A stretch of 63,968 bases of DNA, filler included, from 6 parts of 6 records of this genome joined end to end with filler, not necessarily neighbours in it; one strand, 5' to 3'. Shown: positions 48,301-60,591, counted from the whole stretch's first letter. Numbers and translations: made by a program. Notes: generated by a model not told the origin, from the letters alone.

Positions 48301-48921
48301 GGTCCGAAACCGAAGCGCAGAGCTGAAGAAGACCCGTCCGTGGCAAGGGGTAGCGCACGCGAGTCATCTGAAGGCAAACTTGCGTCCGACCAGTCTGCCA
48401 GCGGGTCGCGTACGCGGTCGGAAAAGTACAGTGAGAGTTTCGGGGAAAACAGTGATGACGAAGGCAACGACAGTGAAGGTCGCGAATCGTCATCTGCGTC
48501 GTCGTCCGCATCATTCGATCCCCTTCGCAACGCTCAAGATGCCACGCTGGAGCACACGAGGAACGTGCCGAGCGAAAAAAGCGACGGCGACGCGCCGGAA
48601 AAGCGTCGCCGAATCCAACCGACGTTGCTGACTCCAAAGGGTAAGAGTCTCACGCACGTACACTGGCAAATGAGCGGCGACATGACCGGGTGTGTTGCGC
48701 GCGGTGCTCTGTGCGGCCCTCTGGTACGCGCCCGTGGCCAACGTCGCAGGTTCCACTATGCCACTGGCTTCATTGGTTCGTTTCCTTGTCGCCCTGGTGC
48801 AGGTGCTGCTCCTCGAGGCGCTGCTGATTCACAGGGTTCAGGATCCTTGCAGCCGAGACGTATCATTCCAACGCTAGTGTCGGCATCGAGTAAGCGCACA
48901 GGTCCGTCATCGACGTGTTAG
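45356..48921 (+). CDS. CHAF1B: Chromatin assembly factor 1 subunit B (p60/Cac2), WD40 protein; 8 exons seen, 5' part missing
   Basis: Exons 45356-45445, 45704-45874, 46250-46440, 46814-47226, 47508-47608, 47948-48011, 48276-48640, 48803-48921; GT-AG, phases consistent. Motifs [72 protein letters not shown]. Confidence 0.88.
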
Positions 48922-50665
48922 ACTTCTTTTCGCTTTCTTGCTCACCCACTGTGTGTGTTCTGGCGAGTTTTCTGTCTTCGGCACAAACGGCGCACCACTT
49001 GTGCGAACGCGTCCCATCTGGCGCGAAACAGTCGAAATTTTCGTGCATTTGGACTTCTTATCAGCACAAAATGCAGTTTGTGTACACGAAATAGATGCGT
49101 GCGTGTGAGTTGCAAGGAGATTCTGGAGTTCCTGGTCAAATTTTCGCTGAAATGGAGACTGGGCTCGTCTTTCCCACTTCGCAGATGATGAGTCTGCTGA
49201 CGCTGCAGGAGCGAAGCGACGCATCGTTCCGACACTTGTGTCACCTTCGAACGACTGAAGAATATATGGTGCTGCTGTATCCAGCGTTGGCGAATTTTCT
49301 TTTGTTTTTGTGTATTTGTGCAGCGTTCATCTTTTTTTGTTTTAGTGCTTGATCGGCTGTAGCGACGGGCCCCGGACTGCTTCGTAGGCAGAGCAGCGCA
49401 AGGGATGGTGCTCTAGGTCGCTCTTTGCTTCGACTGCGGCAGCCGCAAGCGCCGGTGCGGCTCGCGGTGCGCAGCGAGGATGATAAGCTGCGACTAGTAG
49501 AACATTTGCACACCATATACCATACATGATCGTATTTCCCTGCAACAACAGAGCGAAGACGCGCGCGCGAGTCCTTTGGTGCGCGCTACAGCAAGTATGC
49601 AAAGGCAGCACAGCCATATGGGCACCGCCTGTGCGCTTCGCAAAATGATCAGCGGGTCCGAGAGCACACGGAAAGGCGGTTGCATGCTCGATGAAGTGCT
49701 GGAAAGTTCGCTGTCGCAAAAGAAAACTTTTATATTGGAGAATGTGCGAGCGAGTGGGGACAGAGGAAAACGTACCGAGCGGAATATTACGGAGGCGCGA
49801 TGCCCTTTGGGGCTCTCGTCAGAGCGCGAAGGTGGCACGCCCGACCGCAGCATCGATAGTGCTGACACGAAGCTCAAGACCCGCGCCCCTCGCGCCTTCT
49901 CTTTACGAATACACTGGAATTGCAAATCGCTAGATTCGCTGGAAATCAGTGCCACAGCGAGCTGGCTCGCATGGAGGATGCTGCGGATTCTCCGGATGGC
50001 ACAGTTCGAAAGCAAGCGGGGCTGGCAAAACATTGGTGGCCACGACAGACTCTCGGGTGACGCGAGGTCTGCAAGTATCCTATGGCACGCTCTGCTGTTC
50101 GGACATATTTTGTCCCCAACAAGGGCGGACAGGAGCTGCAACGCGTGCAGTGCCGGTCGCAAGTCACTCGGTTTGTTCGCCCTGCGTGGTGAAGAGCAAG
50201 CACAGCGCGAGAAAGGCAGGCTGAAGGATACCGCACTTGCTGCCGCGACGTGCATGCACACGAGAAGCAGCCCACGACTGGAAGAAGACATAAGAACAAG
50301 CGACGAGCGAAAAAGGACATACTTTCCATGCCGTGCCATATGCGCGGAATGAATATTTCCCAAAGACGTGACATGTACTTCATGATCCTTCCCGTTGTTT
50401 GTAAACAGGAATGCTGTGCGACTTTTCCATCACAGCCAAACTTCACAGGAGCTTCGCCCCACCAAACTTGCACGGTAGCAGGGCAAATTGCTGCTTTTTC
50501 ATTCTCTATCGAGTAACGCGCTGGGAGACTTGGAAAAGCGCGAAGCAACGTGGGTAAGTCCTAACGGGCTAGGCGCAGTCATGCACCTCTCAAGCGTCCG
50601 CTACCAGGGAGTGAACTGGAGTGCTTGCAAGGCGTCCGGAAACGCCGTGGGGGAAACACGGGGCG

Positions 50666-51256
50666 CACGTTCACTGCCATAGCACACCTTTTCGCGTCTG
50701 TATGGACAAACGTCAGCGCATCGAGCGCCACATGAGAGAGCTGGCGTGCCAAATCTTCGCGCGCGTAGTCATTCCATGACAATTCTTCTTGATTACTTGC
50801 ATGCTTCATATTTAAAAGTATGGGATCTATGGCTTGCAAGTCGACTTCGTCGCGCGACACTACCGGTGTGCTGTGCGAGCGCACGAGTGGTGGACGCTCT
50901 GCGTCAGCGCTTGGCCCTGGGTGCGTCGCGGCACAAATCGAACATCGCCCTGCCGTAGCGCTGCCCGCGCAGTAATGGGCAGCACTGCTACTCTCTGTAA
51001 AAACGATCAATGTAAAAAGTATTGTCTTCGTTCCAACAATGTGATAGTCCCCCGTGTGAAGTGTAAGCGAGACCCCGTCCACAGATTGGCAATGCTGCAG
51101 CATTGCGTGAAGCAGAGAGGCGTGAATACCGCTGAGCGGCCCTTTCTTGCCCTGCGGCTGATCATCGCGCGTCGCTGCGATACTGGGCAGACTGGATCCC
51201 ACGGTCCCGACCGGAATACCCGCCGCAGACACGAGCGTGAATCCAAACCGGGTCAT
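50666..51256 (-). CDS. Uncharacterised exon, possible longin fold (Fuzzy/Mon1/HPS1-like); gene probably continues toward ~49500
   Basis: From ORF 50579..51271: TLVSAAGIPV..SLLHAML..FTLIVFTE..ARQLSHVALDALTFV loosely follows the FUZ first longin domain. Downstream exons could not be joined with confidence. Confidence 0.3.
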
Positions 51257-51927
51257 GTCCGTAGCAAGCACACAGTTTGCGTGCTATGGGCGCCAGCCGG
51301 CGTCCCGGGCGGCTGTGATGAATCCTCTGCAAGCGGAGCTCCGGCTCTGCGGTGCGGTTTCCATGGCTGGCCCGGCGTTGCACCCACGTACAGCACCGCG
51401 TTTTGGGATCTATCGCCCCCCTGATATCATTCTAACGTACTGATCACGAATGTGTTACTCTTGAATGCACGGATCTAGGATCAAAGCGCATGTCGTGGTT
51501 TGCCTAGCGCCCTGCACAAATCCTCTGCTGCTACCCCTAGAGCATCCTCGACGCTCAGGGTGCGCATGCTCGGGCCCTGGACACCGAACGGCCCGCTGGG
51601 AATAGATTGAGCTGCGCGTCGGGTGAGCACCCAGTTCATTCCAGCTCGAATTTCTGACACCATCAAATATGCACACTTGGGGTCTCGTACACAGAGCAGT
51701 CTGCGCGACTTCGCCTTGCAAAGAAACGAGCGATGGTAGATGATGTTTGCCAGCGCGGAAAAGCGAATCATTTGGCTCTGCAGTGTGCCTTTGCGCGCGG
51801 CCGCTCGATTCCGGTAGACCATGCAGGAGCAGCGGTGCAAGATTCTTTGGATTTGACTGCGCGCGTGCGCATGGCTAAAGTACTTGTACTTAAATCCTTG
51901 CATGCGAAACTCCTTCTCAACCAAGGC

Positions 51928-52429
51928 TCATGTCGTCGTTGGAACAATTACAAGATACACAAAGCCGTCGGCCATTGTGAGGTGGTCCATGATCCACAAA
52001 GGAGAGGTCTCGCCTGGAATTGTCACACCGTTGCACAAAATCCTACAGGCGCTGATATTTTCCACAGGAATAGTTGCGCACTTGTTGATCAGTGTTGCAA
52101 TATCCACCGGACAAGATTCTCGAGGAATGCACTGCGCCATAAAACGATACCGGTACATGACAAATTGCCGTACGAACAGGGAGCAGGTGGGCACCAGAGA
52201 CGAAGGAACGGCGGAGCGCGGCCACGTCACTTCTCTGCTCAGCAAGGACAGTCGCCATGCTGATGCGCGAACAAAAGAAACCGCTACTTCTGGCGGTAGA
52301 GAAATTGACCTCTCTGTTATGCGACCGTATTGAACGTACCGGTACATTACTGTGGTACAAATCATCCCAGTAAATTCGAAACGCAAGCCGAGGTGGCCGC
52401 TTCGAGTACTCCTTGGCTTTCGCCCGTAG
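51928..52429 (-). CDS. ATG5: Autophagy protein 5, C-terminal two exons (5' part missing)
   Basis: Exons 52429-52340 (..PRLAFRIYW..) and 52131-51928 (RILCNGVTIPGETSPLWIMDHLTMADGFVYLVIV), matching ATG5 IPFRIY and the terminal HGI.P..TPL.WL.EHLSYPDNFLHI pattern. Confidence 0.72.
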
Positions 52430-52490
52430 CTGCGACGGCAGCGAATCAAGACGCGAAACGTACAAGCAGAACGGGCGAACCCTTCAGATG

Positions 52491-52590
52491 NNNNNNNNNN
52501 NNNNNNNNNNNNNNNNNNNNNNNNNNNNNNNNNNTTAATTAATTAANNNNNNNNNNNNNNNNNNNNNNNNNNNNNNNNNNNNNNNNNNNN
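52491..52590. other. Artificial contig-joining spacer
   Basis: N-TTAATTAATTAA-N, 100 nt. Confidence 0.98.
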
Positions 52591-52648
52591 TTCGCCTTCG
52601 CCTTCGCCTTCGCCTTCGCCGTCGCCTTCACCTTCGCCTTCGCCTTCG
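52591..52648 (-). repeat. Coding hexamer repeat (GAAGGC)n encoding (EG)n at contig end
   Basis: TTCGCC-type units repeated about 9 times on the + strand. Confidence 0.85.
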
Positions 52649-55600
52649 TCAGCGTCGATCATCTCCGCGTCTCCCGAGGCAGCAGCCTCCGCAGTTTCGC
52701 TCGAGGCAGTGGCACCGCCGCCAGTGCCCTCGGGCGCATCGCCGCCTGCTTCGGCCTCGGTGCTGGACGGAACCTCCTTCTCGGTGCTGGCGCCAGCGCC
52801 GCCACTGAGACCAGCACCGGATTGCCCTGCATTTTCACTGGATACGACTGCTGCTGCTGCATCCATGCTTTCTAACGGCGCTGCAATAGCAGGAGTTGAG
52901 GCTGGCTCAACACGCGCGGGAGCAGATGTGCTAGTAGGCAAGGCGCCCTCGGCGCCTGCTGCTGCTACTGCTGCTGCCGCCGCCGCTGCCGCCGCCGCCG
53001 CGACAGGCGCGCCGCTGTCCCGCGCAGAGGCGACAGCAGGACGCTTCGCGGGCCGCTGGGCACTGTCCACGTCGAGCGCAGGCGCCTCGCCCGTCGCACC
53101 ATCGTCAGCGCTCTCTTCACGCGCTCGCTTCCCGCGCTGGGCCGCAGCGCTCGCTGGAGCTGCGCTGTCGGCAGGTGGAGCCACCGCTGCCGCCGCCGCA
53201 CCCTGCAACTTGCGCAGCTGTGCCTCGAGCTTCGAGCGCTCGACCTGGAAGCGCAGGGTGGCCTCGTTCTTCTCCCGCTGTAGGCGCTTCACAGCCTCGC
53301 GCTCTGCCGCGAGCTCTTGGACTGCGCTGCTTTCTGTGGCGGCGCCGCTCTCTTCCGTGAGTTTCTGGATCTGCGAGTCCTTTTCGCCGAGCTTTGCCTT
53401 GAGATCACGGAGCATGAGGACTGCTTTCTGCACCTTTTGTTTCTCGAGATTCAGCTGCTTATCCAGCGCACTCGTTTCGGACTCTAGCTCCGCGACACGC
53501 GACTGCAGCTCGCTCGACTGCGCACCGCTCTCGTCGCTCGCGGCTTTCTTCGCCTCCGCCAATTCGCGCTCGGCCTTCTCCGCGCGCTCGCGCAGCTCCG
53601 CCGCAGCCTTTTCCGCCGCCTGCGCGGCCTCACGCCCTTGGCCCTCGAGCTTCTGCGTCTGCTGCTTCCAGTGCATCGCGTGCTTGCGAAGGTTCAGCAC
53701 GCGCCCTTCCGCAGCCTCAAGCTTCGCCTTGACGTCCGCCAGCTCGCGCGCTTGCTCCGCCGCCGATGCAGCGTGCTTGTCGCGGAAGGCGCGCAGCTCC
53801 GTGAGCTCCACCTGCGCGCCTTCGAGCTGCTCCTTGACAGCGCGATGCTCCTCGGGGTCGATCTGCTTGAACTTGTTGAGCAGCGCTTGCACGCGCTGCT
53901 GCCAGTGCTGCGCCTCCTTGCGCGCCGCATCGCGCTCCGCCTCGGCCGCGTCGCGCGCACTGCGCAGCTGCGTGCGCTCCGCCTCGAGCGGCTCCATCCG
54001 CGAACGCGCCGCGTCGAGCTCGCGCTGCAGCTCGCGACAGCGCGCGAGGTTCGCTTCGTTCTCTGCACGTAGGGCAGAGTTGCTCTCGCGCAAGAGCGAC
54101 AGCTGCTGTACATTCTCTTTCAGGCGCGCGTGCTCTTCTGCGCTGACCGCAAGCTCTTCCTGGCGCTTCTCTTCCGCCATGAGCTGCGCGCGCGCTGCAT
54201 CGTGCGCGCGCTGCAAATGCTCGCTGCGCTGGCGCAGGCGAGAGTTTTCGCTCTCGAGCGCCTCGACGCGCGCATGCAGAAGATCGCGCTCGCGTCGCAG
54301 GAAGCGCAGAATTTCGCGAAGATTATGCGTCCGCGGACCAGAAGTCCCATTGCTCTTCCGCTCGGCCTCCGCGACCGACGCGCTCTTCTCCGCACCGTCG
54401 CCATCTTGGTCGCCACCATCGTCGATTGCAACGCTGTCCGAGACAGCGGTCTCCAACTGCGAATGAAGCAGCTGGTTCTGGCGGCGGAGCTCCGCGAGCT
54501 CGCTCTCCAAGCGCGGCACGCGGTCCTTGAGATCGCTCAGCGCCGCATCGCGCTCGCGGCGCGCTGCCGTCGAGGCCTCCTCTGCCTTGGTGACGGCGAG
54601 AATCGCATCATCGCGTTCTTTCGCTGCGGTCGCAAGCTTTGCTCGCGCCTCGTTGAGCGCGCGGATATCGTCCGCGTGGTTGACAAGCTCACGCTCGTAG
54701 TTGTTCTGCGCATCCTTGCACAGCTCCGCCTGCGTGCGCACGTCCTCGCGGAGCGCGGCTTCGCGTTCGTCAAACGTGCGCACCCGCTCTTCCGCGTCCG
54801 CAATACGCTGCTCCAGCGTCTTGCGCTCTGCAGCAGACGACTCGCGCAGCCGCAAAAGCTCGCCCTGCGCAGCGTCCACTTCGCCCATGGCTGCCACAAG
54901 CTTGTCGTCCAGCGCAGAGGCGCGCTCCTCGGCGGCGCGCTGCGCTTCGCGAGCCTCTGCAAGGCGCTGCTCGGCCTCCTTGCGGAACGTGTCCGCGGCC
55001 TCGCCTTGCTCGCGCAGCGCGGCCTCGCTCGCCTCGGCCACGCGCCGGAAGTCCGCCGCGCTGCGCTCGGTGCGCTGCAGCGCCTCCTGCAAGCGCCGCG
55101 CTTCCGCTTTCGCGTCAGACAGCGCCAGCGCGAGCTCGCGCGCCCGCCCGCCGCTATCCGCCGCGCCTTCCGAGCCCGAGCTGCGCGGCGGCGACCCGGT
55201 ATCCATAGCCGCATCGCTACCGGCGTCGCCGCCGCCACCGCCGCCGCCGTTGCTGTCACTGCCGCCGTTGCTCCCCGCACGCTGCGCTTTCGCATCCCGC
55301 ACAGCGCGCTCAGCGGCGGCCAGTCGGTCCTCGGCCGCCGCGCGCGCCGCAGCCGCAGCTTCCGCAGCCGCTTGAGCGCGCGCAGCTTCCGTCTCGGCGC
55401 GCTCGGCGCGCTCGCGGAGCGCAGTAAGGTCCGCGTCGCGCTGGCGGAGCGCTTCGGCGCGCTCGCTCATTGCCTGCTCGCGCGCGTGCGAGGCCTCGGC
55501 TGCCTCTGCGCGCGCTGCTGCTGCCTCGCTGCTGAGACGCTGGCGCTCTTCGGCGACCGCCGCGTCGCGCCGCTCCGCGGTGCTTTGCGCGAACTCGAGG

Positions 55601-57848
55601 GCGCGCTGGATGCGTGCGCGGTCGTTGCGCACGTCTGCGATCTCCCGTTCCAGTCGCTCGAGCGCAGCGCGTGCAGCGTCGCGCTCGGCGGCGGCGCGGG
55701 CGCATTCGCGTTCGGCGAGCGCGCGCGCCGCTTCCGTCGACCGGAGCTCTCCGTCCAGTCGATCAGCGGCATTCTGGTGCTCCAGCACACGCGCGCCCAG
55801 GTCCGACGCGCGTTGACGCGCGGCATCCAGCTCGCGCGCCTGCTGCTGCGTCGACTCGGTGAGGCGGCGGTGACTCTCGCGGAGAAACTCGAGCTCGCCT
55901 TCCACGCGCGCCAACTGCGAGCGAATCGACGAGGCTTCTTCGCGTGCGGAATCTTTCGCTTCCACGAGGTCCCGCTCGACATTCGCACGCTCGCGCCGGA
56001 ACGCCTCAAAGTCGCTCTGCATTTTGCGCAACAGGCGAGCATACTCGCTATCGTCGGCGCCCTTCCCGCCCGATGACGCATCGGGCTTCGCGCTGCCTTC
56101 CTGCGCCCCCCGCGAAGCGCCTCCGTTGTCCCCGCCAGCATCTGCATCGCTGACGCCGCCATCGGCTTGCACGCGCTTGTCTGCGGCGGCTGCGCGCTCC
56201 GCATCGCTCATTTGCAGCAGTGCACGGTACATGTCGCGCTGCCGTACAATGGACGATACGAGGACTTCCTGGCGCTCGCGGGCGTCACGCAGCGCCTCGA
56301 TTTCGCTCAGCGCTTTCTTCAGATCGGCCTCTGCGGCAGCTCCAAGCGCCGTTTCTTGCTCGCGCAGCGCTGCATCGCGTTCCTCTTTGAGGAGCATAAC
56401 GGTGCGGAGCAACTGTTCGTTTCGCTTCTGCATGTCAGCGATACTGTTGAACGTCACGCTCTCGGCCGCGTCGGTGCCGCCACGACTGTCATCCACGGCG
56501 CCCTCCGCAGAGGACAATAGCGCTTGGATTTGCTGTCCGAGAGCAGCGATTTCGCGCTCGGCGACCGCTTTATCGCGCGCGAGAGCATCCGCTTCTGCAC
56601 GCAGTGACTCCAGTTCATCCTCGGCAGAATCAGCGCGGCGAATCTCGACGTCGAGACGACGAGCAAGCTCGGATTGGGCGCGCACGGCGCGCTCCAGCTC
56701 CGCGCGCTGCTCTTCCAGAATGGGTGCTTTGTGGTCCATTTCGCGCGCGATTTCCTCCAGATAGGATCGGAGGCGCATGTTCTCCGCTCGCAAATCAGCC
56801 GCAATGGTCTCGGCCTCGGACAATCTCCCGTACAACTCGCTGAGGGACGACACGCCCATGCGCTGCGCTAGTGACGACTGCAGGCTTCCGGTGTGGGTAG
56901 CAAGTCCTGCAAAGCCACCGCCGCTGCCTTCGCCGGCCGCAAGGGAAGACGACGCCGACCGCAGCGTATCGAGCTCAGACTTGAGACGATCGCGTTCTTG
57001 TGATATTTGGGCGAGGGCGGCACTCTCACGCTCCGAAGCCTGCGCCTCGTGTTTGCTGAGCTCATCCTTCAGCGCCTCCACCATGGCTTTGAGCTCTTTG
57101 CATTGCTCTTCACCCTCGGAGGCATTCTCTTTGTACAGGGCCGCTAAGCGAGATTGCGCGGCAAGGTCGCGCTCGCACGCTGCTAGCGCTTCGGCGTCTT
57201 CCGTGCGCGTCGTGCGAAGCTGGTCGCTGAGCTCGTTTACGCGCGCCTCGAGCGTTTCGCGCTGGCGCTGCAGGAACGTTTCACGCGAGCTCATTTCGCG
57301 ACGAATGTCTTCCACATCAGCTACACGTGTCCGCAACTCGAAAAGCTCAGCATTGCGTTCGCGACGGAACTGAAGAAAGTCGTTTGTTCGCGTTTCAAGT
57401 TCGGTATTCAGCCACTCATTCTGCTTCACGACAACCTGGCGCTCCTGCGTCGCCATTTCGAGCTTGCTTGACAACCGCTGAATCTCACTGTTCTTGTCCG
57501 TCACCTGCGACTGCAGATCACGCAGCGAATCATTAAGCTCGAGGATCTTCTCCTGATAAAACTTCGTGTCGCGCTCGCGGTACTCGATGCGCGACTCGCG
57601 CTTCTCCAGCAGGCCAACAAGCTCGGCCTTTTCGCGCCGCATCTCATCCACAGACGTGCGGAGCCGCACCACCTCTGCTTCCGACTTCGTCACCTGCCCC
57701 TCCAAAGACACAACCCTCGACTGTGCGCTTGACAAGTCGGAAGAAAGCGACGTGCGCTCACTTTTCAGTGTCGTATTCTCTCGTTGCAGAACGTCGCGTT
57801 CGTCGCGCAATGCTTCCACTTCCCTTTCCAGGCGACATGAGACGTCCT
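52591..57848 (-). CDS. TPR: Nuclear basket nucleoporin Tpr/Mlp1/NUA; one long exon, 3' truncated, upstream exons unresolved
   Basis: Long coiled coil with QNEWLNTEL, KAPILEEQRAE, VTFNSIADMQKRNEQLL, IVRQRDMYRALL, AQNNYERELVNHA (TPR/MLP1/MLP2 domain), LLRESNSALR, IDPEEH. Likely acceptor CAG at 57851-57849. Confidence 0.88.
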
Positions 57849-58806
57849 CTGTTTCCCCGTCAGAAGGGGACACGAACGGACGAAGCAGGGCGAACAAGCA
57901 CACGTTCCCACAAATACACATCAGAGAAGACAAATTGGAAGCAACTACAAATGGTGATCAATGTGCATTGTGTGATAACGTTGGTGAGAAAGGGCGTCAA
58001 AAATCCTCGTGTGGGCACGAAGAGCGCGCGGCCCGTGCTGAGAGTGCCGGAGCGCGCGCGCCCACAACGTGCAATGTGAAGAGCGGTACCCGCACAACCA
58101 CCAAACACTGCCAAGCCTCCAAGCATCACAAGCGACTCTGCCTCACGTGGTGACCGCATACATCGCGCACTGCAGTAACACCACACTCTCCAGTGTGTAT
58201 GTGGGAAGAAAACTACGGAAGCTGTACGCAGTCTTTCTACAAATGAACGCGAAACCCGCAACGAAAGCGCCGCTAGAAGATCCTCTCGCGCCTGCTTTCC
58301 TGCTTGGGCGAATTTCTACGCGACGAGTACGACACTACGGCCCGAGCACCGTGAGCCGAAACGAAGCACTCCCAATGAAAGGAACGCGACTTTATACTAC
58401 AGGAATGAAGACCAATGTTCTCGATTCCTCGCTAGCAGGTGCTCAAATCGCGCGGGATGTAAAGAGAAAGCGCCAGCCGAGTGCGAGCACTGCATCCGCT
58501 GCGGAACGCGCTCGGGGAACCGGAGGCGCCGTCGCATTTCCCCCCTTTGCTCTCGCCGTCGGGCGCGCAGGCGACCGCCGTTCCACCTCTCCCGAGCAGC
58601 CTATCGCCCAGAAGAGAGAGGCAAGGGCCTATGGTACACACATACGTAATCAAGATGAAATGCTTGTACTATCATGAAATTCGTTGCGAGAAGATCCGAT
58701 ATGGGAAGGAAAGAGGATGCGCGCGCGTGCAGGCACCGCGAGCACAGCTGCCACGCCGGCCGCGGCCCCAGCACGCGCTCGCAGTGGAACGCGCGTTCCA
58801 CTGCGA

Positions 58807-58906
58807 NNNNNNNNNNNNNNNNNNNNNNNNNNNNNNNNNNNNNNNNNNNNTTAATTAATTAANNNNNNNNNNNNNNNNNNNNNNNNNNNNNNNNNNNNNN
58901 NNNNNN
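58807..58906. other. Artificial contig-joining spacer
   Basis: N-TTAATTAATTAA-N, 100 nt. Confidence 0.98.
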
Positions 58907-59518
58907 GTACAGCTCGACGATCAGGTTTTCGTTGATGTCGGCAGTCAGGTCACCGCGTTCAGGCAGAGCCTTGAAAGTGCCTTCCATCTTCTTGGCGTCG
59001 ATTTCGATCCAAGCGATATCGCCACGGTTGGCCGCAATGGTCAACGAGTGTTGAATACGTGCTTGGTTCTTCGCCTTTTCGCGAACAGAAACAACGTCAC
59101 CGGGCTTCACTTGGTAGGAAGCAACGTTAACGGTGCGGCCGTTCACGGAAATCGCCTTGTGGCTGACCAGCTGACGCGCTTCAGAGCGAGTCGAGCCAAA
59201 GCCCATGCGGTAGACGACGTTATCCAGTCGGGATTCAAGCAACTGCAACAATACTTCACCAGTCGCACCTTTCAGGCGAGCGGCTTCTTTGTAGTAGTTG
59301 CGGAACTGCTTTTCGAGTACGCCATACATACGGCGTACTTTCTGCTTCTCACGAAGCTGCAAGCCGTAGTCGGAAAGACGCTGACGACGCTGGCCGTGTA
59401 CACCCGGGATCTGCTCGGATTTACACTTTTTCTCGAAGGGAGTAACACCGCTCTTTAAAAAGAGGTCGGTGCCTTCACGACGAGACAGTTTGCACTTCGG
59501 TCCAATATAACGAGCCAT
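58907..59518 (-). CDS. rpsD: 30S ribosomal protein S4 (last codons cut off)
   Basis: [47 protein letters not shown]. Confidence 0.97.
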
Positions 59519-59530
59519 GAATCTGTCTCC

Positions 59531-59917
59531 TTAAACGCGGCGTTTCTTAGGCGGACGGCAGCCATTATGAGGAATGGGCGTCGCGTCAGTGATGCTTTGC
59601 ACGCGGAAGCCGGCGGCATTGAGAGCGCGCACGGCGGATTCACGGCCTGGACCGGGGCCCTTGACCAGCACGTCTACGTTTTTCACACCATACTCGGCTG
59701 CAGCAGTTGCTGCACGCTCACTTGCCACTTGAGCAGCGAACGGGGTGCTCTTGCGAGAACCACGAAAACCCGAACCACCGGCTGTCGCCCAAGAAAGAGC
59801 GTTGCCCTGGCGGTCTGTGATCGTCACGATCGTGTTGTTAAAAGAGGCGTGGATATGCGCTACGGCGTCCACTACCTGCTTTTTAACCTTTTTACGGTTA
59901 CTACGCGGGTTAGCCAT
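59531..59917 (-). CDS. rpsK: 30S ribosomal protein S11
   Basis: [42 protein letters not shown]. Confidence 0.98.
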   Translation of the reverse strand: MANPRSNRKKVKKQVVDAVAHIHASFNNTIVTITDRQGNALSWATAGGSGFRGSRKSTPFAAQVASERAATAAAEYGVKNVDVLVKGPGPGRESAVRALNAAGFRVQSITDATPIPHNGCRPPKKRRV

Positions 59918-59969
59918 GTTGATGTCTATTCCTGTCTTAACGTCAGCTCTCTATTAAAGAGCCTGCGTG

Positions 59970-60326
59970 TTATTTGCGGATCGGCTTACGCGGGCCCTTA
60001 CGGGTACGCGCGTTAGTCTTAGTCCGCTGACCACGCAGCGGAAGACTACGACGATGACGCAGACCACGGTAGCAGCCTAAGTCCATGAGACGCTTAATGT
60101 TAAGCGTAACATCACGACGAAGGTCGCCTTCTACGGTGTACTTACCAACTTCAGAACGCAGGGTATCCAGCTCATCGCTAGATAGATCCTGGATCTTGGT
60201 AGTAGGCGCGATACCGGCAGCAGCACAAACGTGCTGAGCGCGGGTACGGCCAATCCCGAAGATATAGGTCAGCGAGATCGCCGCATGCTTGTTGTCCGGG
60301 ATATTGACGCCTGCAATACGGGCCAT
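59970..60326 (-). CDS. rpsM: 30S ribosomal protein S13
   Basis: [27 protein letters not shown]. Confidence 0.98.
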   Translation of the reverse strand: MARIAGVNIPDNKHAAISLTYIFGIGRTRAQHVCAAAGIAPTTKIQDLSSDELDTLRSEVGKYTVEGDLRRDVTLNIKRLMDLGCYRGLRHRRSLPLRGQRTKTNARTRKGPRKPIRK

Positions 60327-60383
60327 CAGCTTACTCCGAAATTTGAGCGGCTTGCTCGTTTGTTCATCTACAAAAGGCGCAAC

Positions 60384-60412
60384 AGCATACCCCTTTATAA
60401 GCCTTATGGCAA
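60384..60412 (-). promoter_or_regulatory. Putative sigma70 promoter of the alpha operon
   Basis: Minus strand TTGCCA (60412-60407), 17 nt, TATGCT (60389-60384), between rpmJ and rpsM where the E. coli alpha promoter lies. Confidence 0.6.
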
Positions 60413-60449
60413 GGGGTATGCCGGCACCCGCTTAAAAACAACCCAGGTA

Positions 60450-60563
60450 TTAACCCTGGCGCTGTTTGTGCCGCGGTTCGATACAAATGACGCGGACAGC
60501 GCCATTGCGTCGAATGATCTTACAATTACGGCACATCTTCTTTACGGAAGCTCGAACTTTCAT
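60450..60563 (-). CDS. rpmJ: 50S ribosomal protein L36 (Zn-ribbon form), 37 aa, below the ORF-track cutoff
   Basis: Manual translation [44 protein letters not shown]; canonical position after secY. Confidence 0.97.
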   Translation of the reverse strand: MKVRASVKKMCRNCKIIRRNGAVRVICIEPRHKQRQG

Positions 60564-60591
60564 CGTTCTCTCCAAATCGCAACGGCGCGCC

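Noticed and set aside
2023..57848. Alternative genetic code or non-canonical introns in the eukaryote
   Set aside because: TAA, TAG and TGA all serve as stops, no in-frame stops remain after splicing, and every modelled intron is GT-AG.
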